64,000 bases of DNA, from the IMG/VR virus record IMGVR_UViG_3300042868_009047, one strand, 5' to 3'. The stretch is from a virus (Duplodnaviria > Caudoviricetes). Below, in pieces: positions 21,601-33,600 of this stretch. Position 1 is the first letter of the stretch; the number at the start of each line of letters is the position of its first letter. The notes beneath the pieces are model-generated. The model was not told the origin of the DNA and did not search any database. It was given only the letters and a program-made list of their open reading frames with translations. The translations under genes and the position numbers were made by a program.

Positions 21601-24600
21601 CAGTTGATCCTGAAGATCCACTATTAGCTGAAGCACCGATGTTACCAGCATTACCATTTGTACCGTTTGTACCAGTTGATCCTGAAGAACCTGATAGAGT
21701 ACTTATACCAGAACCAACAGCTAAACCATTTGTACCAGCAGTACCAGTTGATCCTGAAGAACCTGAAGATGCTGAAGAACCACTTAATTGTGATAAACCT
21801 GAGTTACCAGCAGTTCCGTTTGTACCAGTTGAACCTGAAGAACCAGAAGTTCCTGAAGAACCTGAGTTATTACTAGCACCATTGTTACCAACCGTACCAA
21901 TTGTACCTGAAGTTGCTGAAGTACCTGAAGTACCCGCAAAACCTGCTATTCTAGAAATACCGTCAGTACCAGCAGTACCAGTACTACCTGAACTACCTGA
22001 AGTACCACTTGATCTACTCAATGAAGACGCACCATCAGTACCATTTGTTCCAGAAGAACCAGAAGTTCCTGAAGAACCTGACGATCTACTTAAACCTGAT
22101 GTACCATTTGTACCAGTTGATCCTGAAGACGCTGAACTACCAGAGTTAGCTGATAAACCATTACCACCGATTATACCTGTAGTACCATTTGTACCAGTCG
22201 ATCCTGAAGACCCGCTTAATGCACTAGCACCTATATTTCCAGCATTACCTGAAGTACCATTAGAACCAGATGTGCCTGATGAACCTGAGTTATTACTCGC
22301 ACCATTATTACCCGCTGTACCAGTTGAACCTGAAGAACCAGCGGTTCCCGAACTTCTACTTAAACCAGACTGACCATCTGTACCATTTGTTCCTGAAGAA
22401 CCAGAAGATCCAGAAGAACCTGACAATCTTGATAAACCAGCGGTACCAGCGGTACCTGTAGAACCGCTAGATGCTGAAGAACCACTTAATTGTGATAAAC
22501 CTGAGTTACCAGCAGTTCCGTTTGTACCAGTTGACCCTGAACTACCAGATGTTCCTGAAGATCTACTTAAACTAGATTGACCATCGGTACCATTTGTTCC
22601 AGAAGAACCGCTTGTTCCAGAAGAACCAGAAGACCTACTTAAACCAGCAGTACCATTTGTTCCTGAAGAACCACTTGAACCGCTTGACGCACTTGATCCA
22701 CTATTTGAACTTAAACCTGATGTACCATTCGTACCAGTTGAACCTGAAGAACCTGAAGTTCCTGAGCTTCTACTTAAAGCAGACTGACCATCCGTACCAT
22801 TTGTTCCAGAAGAACCTGAAGTTCCTGAAGAACCTGAAGATCTACTTAAACCTGAAGTACCATTTGTTCCTGAAGAACCAGAAGAACCTGAAGAAGCAGA
22901 AGACCCAGACAATTGTGACAAACCTGAGTTACCTGCTGTACCATTTGTACCAGTTGAACCTGAAGTTGCAGAGCTACCTGAAGTTGAACTTAAACCACTA
23001 TTACCAGCATTACCTGATGTTCCATTTGTACCTGTAGAACCACTTGAACCTGAAGTTCCAGCTGAACCAGAACTTCTACTTAAACCTGATTGACCGTCTG
23101 TACCAGAAGTACCAGAGGTTCCAGCTGTTGCTGAAGATCCGCTTAATCTTGATAAACCTGATGTACCAACCGTACCATTTGTTCCTGAAGACCCCGAAGA
23201 TGCGCTAGAACCACTTAACTGAGATAAACCTGAGTTACCAGCGGTTCCGTTTGTACCAGTAGAACCTGAAGTAGCAGAGCTACCAGAAGATGCTGAAGCA
23301 CCTGATAAACCAGATGTACCGTTAGTACCAGTTGATCCTGAAGAACCAGCAGTTCCTGATGACCCAGAACTTCTACTTAATCCAGAAAGACCATCTGTAC
23401 CTGACGTACCTGTTGATCCAGAACTACCTGAAGTTCCAGAAGTATCACTTAATGCTGATTGGCCATCAGTTCCAGATGTACCTGAAGTTCCAGCTGTTGC
23501 TGAAGACCCACTTAATCTACTCGAACCGTTTGTACCAGCAGTACCAGTTGTTCCCGATGAACCTGAAGAAGCAGATGAACCACTTAATTGAGACAATCCA
23601 GAATTACCAGCTGTTCCGTTTGTTCCCGTAGAACCAGAGGTTGCTGATGAACCTGAAGATGCTGACGCACCCGATACACCCGCAGTACCGTCAGTACCTT
23701 TAGAACCACTTGAACCAGATGTTCCTGAAGTTCCTGATGTAACAGATATACCACTATTTGCGGCAACACCTGATGTACCAACTGTACCCGAAGTAGCTGA
23801 GCTACCAGAAGTTCCAGCTGAACCACTATTATTACTTGAACCAACTGTACCATTTGTACCCGTAGAACCTGAAGAACCACTTGTGCCTGAACTTCTACTT
23901 AAAGCAGATGCTCCGTCAGTACCTGAACTACCTGTTGATCCTGAACTACCTGAAGTTCCTGAAGTATCACTTAATGCTGACTGACCATCTGTACCAGAAG
24001 TACCAGATGTACCAGATGTTGCTGAAGACCCAGACAATCTGCCTAACCCAGATGTACCAATTGTACCCGAAGTAGCTGAGCTACCAGAAGTCGCTGAAGA
24101 ACCAGAGTTAGCTGAAGCACCGTTTGTACCAACTGTTCCAGTTGATCCTGAACTACCTGAAGTACCACTTGATCTACTTAGTGATGATTGGCCATCAGTA
24201 CCATTTGTTCCAGAAGAACCAGATGTTCCAGAAGAACCTGACGATCTACTTAAACCTGAAGTACCATTTGTTCCTGAAGAACCAGAAGATGCGCTTGAAC
24301 CACTTAACTGAGATAAACCCGAGTTACCAGCTGTTCCGTTTGAGCCAGATGTACCTGATGTAGCCGAACTACCAGCTGATCCTGAAGAACCACTTAATTG
24401 TGATAAACCGTTTGTACCCGCAGTACCTGAAGTAGCAGAAGAACCTGATGTAGCTGAGCTACCACTATTCGCTGAAGCACCATTTGTACCGTTCGTACCA
24501 GTACTACCAGAAGAACCAGATGTTCCTGAAGACCTACTCAATGAAGACGCACCATCCGTACCATTTGTTCCAGAAGAACCAGAAGTTCCTGAAGAACCTG

Positions 24601-27600
24601 ACGATCTACTTAAACCGCTTGTTCCGTTTGTTCCTGAAGAACCTGAAGATGCTGAAGACCCAGACAATTGTGACAAACCTGAGTTACCAGCTGTACCACT
24701 TGAACCAGAAGTTCCTGAAGTTGCTGAAGATCCCGAAGAACCACTTAACGCTGAAGAACCAACTGTACCTGCTGAACCTGAAGTTGCTGATGTACCAGAA
24801 GTTCCTGAAGAACCACTATTTGCACTAGCACCATTTGTACCAGTGGTACCAGTTGATCCTGAACTACCACTTGTACCTGAACTTCTACTTAAAGCAGAAG
24901 CACCATCTGTACCATTTGTTCCTGAAGACCCAGAAGTTCCAGAAGAACCCGAAGATCTACTCAAACCAGAAGTACCGTTAGTACCACTTGATCCTGAAGT
25001 TGCCGAAGAACCACTTAATTGTGATAAACCTGAAGCACCCGCAGTACCGTTTGTACCTGTAGATCCGCTTGATCCTGATGTTCCAGCTGAACCAGAACTT
25101 CTACTTAAACCTGATTGACCATCAGTTCCTGAAGTACCAGTCGATCCTGAAGAACCAGATGTACCTGAAGTATCACTTAATGCTGATTGGCCATCAGTAC
25201 CTGAGGTACCCGATGTACCAGCTGTTGCTGAAGAACCTGACAATCTTGATGAACCGTTTGTACCAGCGGTACCAGTTGTTCCTGAAGAACCACTTGATGC
25301 GCTTGACCCACTTAATTGTGACAATCCCGATAAACCAGCAGTACCATTTGTACCCGTAGAACCTGAAGACGCTGAAGTACCGCTCGATCCACTATTTGCG
25401 GATTGACCACTTGTACCAGCGCTACCTGAAGATGCTGATGAACCTGATGAACCTGATGTTCCTGAAGTTGCACTTGATCCAGCACTACCTGAAGATCCGC
25501 TTAACTGAGACAATCCTGATGTACCAACCGTTCCTGATGTTGCTGAAGAGCCTGATGTAGCTGAGCTACCTGAGTTAGCTGAAGCACCTGAAGTTCCGTT
25601 AGAACCTGTAGATCCTGAAGAACCAGATGTTCCGCTTGATCTACTTAATGATGATTGGCCATCAGTTCCTGAAGTACCAGTTGAACCTGATGAACCAGAA
25701 GTTCCTGAAGTATCACTTAACGCTGATTGACCGTCCGTACCTGAAGTACCTGACGTTCCAGCTGTTGCTGAAGACCCACTTAATCTACCCAATCCTGAGG
25801 TACCATTTGTACCTGAAGTTGCGGAAGATCCTGAAGTTGCGGAAGAACCACTATTTGCTGAAGCACCTGAAGTTCCGTTAGAACCAGTCGATCCAGAAGA
25901 ACCCGATGTTGCTGAAGAACCAGCAGAACCACTTAACGCTGAAGAACCTGCTGTTCCTGAAGTCCCAGAAGAACCTGCGCTACCAGCTGAACCACTTAAC
26001 GCTGAAGAACCAACTGTACCAGACGTACCAGAAGATGCTGATGAACCTGAAGTTCCAGCAGAACCTGAAAGTTGACTTAAACCTGAAGTACCGATTGTAC
26101 CTGAAGTAGCTGAGCTACCTGAAGTAGCTGAAGAACCGCTATTTGCGCTAGCACCGTTAGTACCGTTTGTACCTGTACTACCTGAACTACCTGATGTACC
26201 AGAACTTCTACTTAATGAAGACTGACCATCTGTACCATTTGTACCTGAAGAACCCGAAGTTCCTGAAGAACCTGAAGATCTACTCAAACCTGAAGTACCA
26301 TTTGTTCCTGAAGAACCGCTAGATGCTGAAGAACCGCTTAATTGAGATAATCCTGAGTTACCAGCTGTTCCATTTGAACCGCTTGTACCAGAAGTCGCTG
26401 AAGAACCAGCAGATCCACTTGAACCACTTAATGAACTTAAACCAGATGTACCCGCAGTACCACTTGTAGCAGAGCTACCAGCTGTTGCTGAAGAACCTGA
26501 ATTAGCAGATGCTCCGTTTGTACCGTTTGTACCCGTAGAACCACTTGAACCAGATGTACCAGAACTTCTACTTAACGCTGATGCACCATCCGTACCCGCT
26601 GATCCTGAAGAACCAGAAGAACCTGATGTACCACTTGTTGCTGAAGTACCCGCTGAGCCTGAGCTACCACTTAATTGTGATACTCCAGATGTTCCAGCTG
26701 TTCCTGATGTTGCGGAACTACCAGCTGTTGCTGAAGAACCACTATTTGAACTTAATCCTGACGTACCGTTTGTTCCAGTTGATCCTGAAGAACCAGCAGT
26801 TCCTGATGAACCTGAAGATCTACTCAAACCAGATTGTCCGTCAGTTCCTGAAGTTCCCGTAGAACCTGATGATCCAGAAGTTCCTGATGTATCACTTAAA
26901 GCTGACTGACCATCTGTACCAGATGTACCAGAGGTTCCAGCTGTTGCTGAAGATCCGCTTAATCTACCCAATCCTGAGGTACCCGCAGTACCACTTGTAG
27001 CTGAACTACCAGAAGTTGCTGAAGAACCTGAATTTGCACTTGCACCTGAAGTACCAGTAGAACCTGTTGAACCACTTGATGCAGATGTTCCTGAAGAACC
27101 ACTATTTGAAGATAAACCAGATGTACCGTTTGTACCAGTTGATCCTGAAGAACCACTAGAACCTGACGTACCGCTTGATTTACTTAATGCTGAAGCTCCA
27201 TCAGTACCAGATGTACCACTTGAACCTGAAGAACCAGATGTACCACTTGTTGCAGATGTTCCAGCAGAACCAGAAGAACCTGATAATTGAGACAATCCAG
27301 ATGTACCAACTGTACCTGAAGTGGCAGATGAACCAGAGGTTGCTGATGAACCGCTATTTGCTGAAGCGCCATTTGTACCGTTTGATCCAGTTGAACCACT
27401 TGAACCAGATGTTCCTGAAGATCTACTTAACGATGATTGACCATCAGTTCCTGAAGTTCCTGTTGATCCTGAAGAACCACTTGTTCCAGAAGTATCGCTT
27501 AAAGCTGATTGGCCATCTGTACCTGAAGTACCTGATGTACCAGCCGTTGCTGAAGAACCTGATAATCTACCTAAACCTGAAGTACCGTTTGTACCTGAAG

Positions 27601-30600
27601 TTGCGGAAGAACCAGATGTAGCTGAACTACCAGAGTTTGCCGATAAACCGCTTGTACCAGCTGATCCTGAAGAACCACTTGTTCCCGCTGTTGCTGAAGA
27701 ACCAGCTGAACCACTAGAACCACTTAACGCTGAAGAACCAACTGTACCTGCCGAACCTGAAGTTGCTGATGTACCGCTTGTTGCAGAAGAGCCACTATTT
27801 GAAGATAAACCAGATGTACCGTTTGTACCTGTTGATCCTGAACTTCCACTTGTACCTGAACTTCTACTTAAAGCAGATGCTCCGTCAGTACCAGCTGATC
27901 CTGAAGAACCACTTGATCCTGATGTACCTGAAGTCGCAGATGTACCAGCAGATCCAGAAGAACCTGAAAGTTGACTTAATCCTGATGTACCAATTGTACC
28001 ACTTGTTGCCGAACTACCAGAAGTTGCAGATGATCCAGAATTAGCACTTAATCCTGATGTTCCAGCTGAACCAGTACTTCCTGAAGAAGCTGATGTACCC
28101 GCTGAACCAGAAGATGCGCTTAAACCACTAGAACCTGATGTTCCTGAAGTCGCAGAAGAACCTGCGCTACCAGCAGAACCGCTTAATGCTGAACTACCTG
28201 AAGTACCAGTTGTACCGCTTGTTGCAGAACTACCAGCTGTTGCTGAAGAACCACTATTCGAACTCAACCCTGAAGTACCGTTTGTACCAGTTGAACCACT
28301 TGAACCAGAAGAACCTGAAGTTCCTGAAGATTTACTTAATGCTGATTGACCATCAGTTCCTGAAGTTCCAGTTGAACCACTTGATCCAGATGTACCAGAT
28401 GTATCACTTGTAGCAGAAACACCATCTGTACCTGAAGTACCTGATGTACCAGCTGTTGCTGAAGAACCGCTTAGTCTTGACAAACCTGAAGTACCGATTG
28501 TACCTGATGTAGCTGAAGAACCTGAAGTTGCTGATGAACCACTATTTGCGCTAACACCTGATGTACCAGCAGTACCTGTAGATCCAGAAGAACCTGAAGT
28601 TGCTGAACTACCACTTAATGCGCTAGCCCCTGAAGTTCCAGCCGAACCACTTGAACCTGAAGTTGCTGATGTTCCAGCTGAACCAGAACTTGCTGATAGA
28701 CCTGAAGACCCTGCGGTTCCTGAAGTTGCTGATGTACCAGCCGAACCTGAACTACCGCTTAATGCTGAGCTACCTGATGTACCAGTTGTACCACTTGTAG
28801 CTGAACTACCGCTTGTTGCAGATGATCCGCTATTAGCCGATAAACCTGAAGTACCATTTGTACCAGTTGATCCTGAAGATCCACTTGATCCAGATGTACC
28901 TGAAGATCTACTTAAACCTGATTGACCATCAGTTCCTGATGTACCTGTAGAACCACTTGATCCAGAAGTTCCTGAAGTATCACTTAACGCTGATTGACCG
29001 TCCGTACCTGAAGTACCTGATGTACCAGCTGTTGCTGAAGACCCACTTAATCTACCCAATCCTGAAGTACCATTTGTACCTGAAGTCGCTGATGAACCAC
29101 TTGTTGCTGAGCTACCAGAGTTTGCACTAGCACCTGAAGTACCAGCAGAACCTGTTGATCCTGAAGAACCAGAAGTCGCAGAAGAACCTGCGCTACCACT
29201 TAACGCTGAACTACCAGAAGTACCTGTTGTTCCAGAAGTAGCAGATGAACCTGCGCTCCCCGAAGATGCGCTCAATCCTGAGCTACCAGCTGTTCCTGAA
29301 GTAGCAGAGCTACCTGAAGTTGCCGAAGATCCGCTTAATTGAGATAAACCATTTGTACCAGCAGTACCAGTTGTACCAGAAGATGCTGATGTACCGCTTG
29401 AACCACTATTTGCAGCTAAACCTGAGGTACCATTTGTACCAGAAGTTGCTGATGAACCAGAAGAAGCTGAAGTTCCTGAAGAAGCAGATGCTCCTGAAGA
29501 TCCATTAGAACCTGATGAACCTGCGGTTCCTGAAGTTGCCGATGAACCAGAAGATGAACTTAATCCTGAAGACCCTGCGGTTCCAGAAGTTGCTGAAGTA
29601 CCCGCTGAACCACTCAATGCAGAACTACCAGATGTACCTGTTGTACCTGAAGTTGCTGATGAACCAGAAGTTGCTGAAGAACCCGAGTTAGCGCTTAGGC
29701 CTGACGTACCATTTGTACCAGTTGATCCTGAAGATCCGCTAGAACCAGATGTACCACTTGATTTACTCAATGCAGAAGCACCATCAGTTCCTGAAGTACC
29801 AGTCGATCCTGAAGAACCAGATGTACCTGAAGTATCACTTAAAGCAGATTGACCATCAGTACCTGAGGTACCCGATGTACCAGCTGTTGCTGAAGAACCA
29901 GACAATCTTGATAAACCTGAAGTACCATTTGTACCTGAAGTAGCAGAAGAACCAGACGATGCCGAAGTTCCTGAGGAAGCTGAAGCTCCTGAAGAACCAG
30001 CTGATCCAGCTGAACCTGATGTTCCAGCTGTTGCTGAAGAACCACTTGAAGCACTTAAACCTGAAGATCCAGCTGTTCCTGAGGTAGCCGAACTACCTGA
30101 AGTTGCTGAAGATCCGCTTAATGCACTTAAACCACTCGTACCATTTGTACCTGAAGTAGCTGAACTACCAGACGATGCTGATGTTCCTGAAGATGCCGAA
30201 GCTCCTGAAGAACCTGATGATCCCGTAGAACCTGCGGTTCCTGATGTTGCTGAACTACCAGAACTTGCACTCAACCCTGATGAACCTGCGGTTCCAGAAG
30301 TTGCTGAAGATCCTGATGTTGCTGAACTACCACTATTTGAAGATAATCCTGATGTACCGTTTGTACCTGATGTAGCTGAGCTACCTGATGTACCTGATGA
30401 ACCAGAACTATTACTATTTCCACTCGAACCTGCGGTCCCTGAAGAAGCTGAACTTCCTGAAGAACCTGATGTACCGCTAGTCGCAGATGATCCACTTGTA
30501 GCAGATGATCCCGAATTAGCAGCCAATCCTGAGGTACCATTTGTACCTGAAGTTGCTGATGAACCAGATGATGCCGAAGTTCCTGAAGAAGCTGAAGCAC

Positions 30601-33600
30601 CTGAAGAACCATTAGAACCAGTTGAACCTGATGTACCGCTTGACGCTGATGTACCTGAAGAAGCGCTTAAACCTGAACTTCCAGCTGTTCCTGACGTAGC
30701 AGAGCTACCTGAAGTTGCTGAAGAACCACTATTTGAACTCAATCCCGAAGTACCGTTTGTTCCACTTGTAGCAGAAGAACCAGAACTTGCAGATGTACCT
30801 GAAGAAGCTGAAGCGCCTGAAAAACCAGCTGATCCACTTGTACCTGAAGTACCTGAAGAAGCTGAACTTCCAGATGATGCACTTAAACCAGAACTTCCAG
30901 CCGTTCCTGAGGTAGCGGAGCTACCTGAAGTTGCTGAAGAACCCGAGTTAGCGGCCAACCCTGATGTACCATTTGTACCTGAAGTAGCTGAACTACCAGA
31001 CGATGCTGATGTTCCTGAAGAAGCTGACGCACCACTTGACCCAGCTGAACCTGAAGATCCTGAGGTCGCAGAAGTTCCTGAAGAACCAGCTGAACCCGAA
31101 CTACCTGAATTAGCAGCTAAACCTGAAGTACCATTTGTACCTGAAGTAGCTGAACTACCAGACGATGCTGATGTTCCTGAAGAAGCGGAAGCCCCTGATG
31201 AACCAACAGAACCTGTTGAACCTGAAGTTCCACTTGTTGCTGAAGACCCAGCAGAAGAACTTAAACCTGAAGATCCAGCCGTACCACTTGTAGCAGAGCT
31301 ACCTGAAGTTGCTGATGAACCACTATTACCTGATAAACCACCAGTACCATTTGTTCCTGAAGAACCAGAAGATCCTGATGTAGCTGAAATAGCTGAAATA
31401 CCATCAGCACCATCAACCCCACTTGAACCTGAAGTTCCTGATGAACCAGATGTTTTACTTGAACCAGCTAAACCACTTGTACCTGTTGTACCCGAAGTTG
31501 CTGATGAACCACTTGTTGCTGAAGACCCTGAATTAGCTGATAAACCACTTGTACCAGCTGTTCCTGAAGTTGCAGATGAACCAGATGATGCTGATGTTCC
31601 TGAAGATGCTGATGCCCCTGATGAACCTGATGTACCAGCTGTTCCACTTGTAGCTGAAGAACCTGATGTTGCAGATGTACCTGAAGAAGCTGAAGCTCCA
31701 CTTGAACCTGCCGAACCACTAGTTGCAGATGTACCTGAAGAAGCTGAACTTCCAGATGATGCACTTAAACCAGAACTTCCAGCCGTTCCTGACGTTGCAG
31801 ACGAACCAGAAGAAGCCGAAGAACCCGAATTAGCAGCTAAACCTGAGGTACCGTTTGTACCTGAAGTTGCTGATGATCCTGATGTAGCTGAACTACCGCT
31901 TAAAGCAGAAGCCCCACTTGTACCTGATGAACCTGAACTACCTGATGTAGCTGAAGTACCTGAAGTTGCTGATGAACCACTATTTGCACTCAAACCTGAG
32001 GTACCGTTTGTACCTGAAGTCGCTGACGAACCCGATGATGCACTTAAGCCTGAAGAACCAACCGTACCACTTGTTGCAGAGCTGCCTGAAGAAGCTGACG
32101 CTCCTGATGAACCATTAGAACCTGAAGTAGCAGAGCTGCCTGAAGTTGCTGATGATCCTGAGTTTGCTGATAAACCAGAAGTACCATTTGTACCTGTAGA
32201 ACCAGCTGTTCCTGAAGAACCTGAAAATTGACTTAAACCTGACGCACCAGCAGTACCATTTGTACCAGTTGATCCTGAAGAACCGCTTGATCCAGATGTT
32301 CCTGAAGTTGATGATAAATTACTATCCCCACCAATACCTGATGTTCCAGTTGAACCCGAACTACCTGAGGTCCCTGATGTTGATGATAAATTACTTTCAC
32401 CATCTATACCTGAAGTACCATTTGATCCACTTGACCCTGATGTACCTGAAGAAGAACTATCACCACTTATACCTGAGGTTCCATTGGAGCCGTCAGCTCC
32501 TGAAGAACCGTTTGTTCCAGTTGAACCTGATTCACCTGACAATCCAGATGTACCATAAGACCCATCATTTCCTGAAGATCCATCAGACCCAGTTGACCCA
32601 GACGTACCTGATTGACCAGATGTGCCATAAGACCCATCATTTCCTGAAGATCCATCAGACCCAGTTGATCCTGATTCACCTGACAATCCAGATGTACCAA
32701 AAGAACCATCAACACCTGATAAACCCGATGTACCGTCTGATCCAGAGACACCTGAAACACCGTTAACACCATTTAAACCTGAAGAACCATCACTACCATT
32801 TGAACCTGACTCCCCACTTCGACCATTTGAACCAAAGGAACCATAAACTCCTGAAGAACCATCTGTTCCATTACTACCAGATTCACCTGAAACACCTGAA
32901 GTCCCATTGGAACCATTATTTCCTGAAGATCCATCGGATCCTGTAGAACCACTTTCACCACTTAAACCTGAAGTTCCAAAACTACCATCATTTCCTGAAG
33001 AACCGTCAGTACCTGTACTACCAGATTCCCCTGATTGACCAGATGTTCCGAAAGAACCATCTAAACCACTCGATCCGTCTGTTCCAGTTGACCCAGATTC
33101 ACCACTTATACCTGAGGTTCCGTTGGAACCATTATTACCACTACTACCATCTGTACCTGTTGAACCAGATTCACCAGATTGACCTGAAGTTCCAAAGGAA
33201 CCATCGTTTCCTGAAGATCCATAAGTACCATTTGATCCAGATTCACCACTTATACCTGAGGTTCCGTTGGAACCTGAAACACCTGATGTACCATCAACAC
33301 CATCAACACCATCAACACCATTTGTACCACTTGATCCTGATTCTCCGCTTATACCTGAAGTTCCGTTGGAACCATTATTACCACTAATACCATCTGTACC
33401 AGTTGATCCGCTTTCACCAGATTGACCACTTGTACCAAAACTACCATCGTTTCCTGAAGATCCATCGGATCCAGTTGAACCAGACGTACCAGATTGACCT
33501 GAAGTTCCAAAACTACCGTCAGCTCCTGAAGAACCATCTGAACCTGTTGAACCAGACGTACCAGATTGACCTGAAGTTCCAAAACTACCGTCAGCTCCTG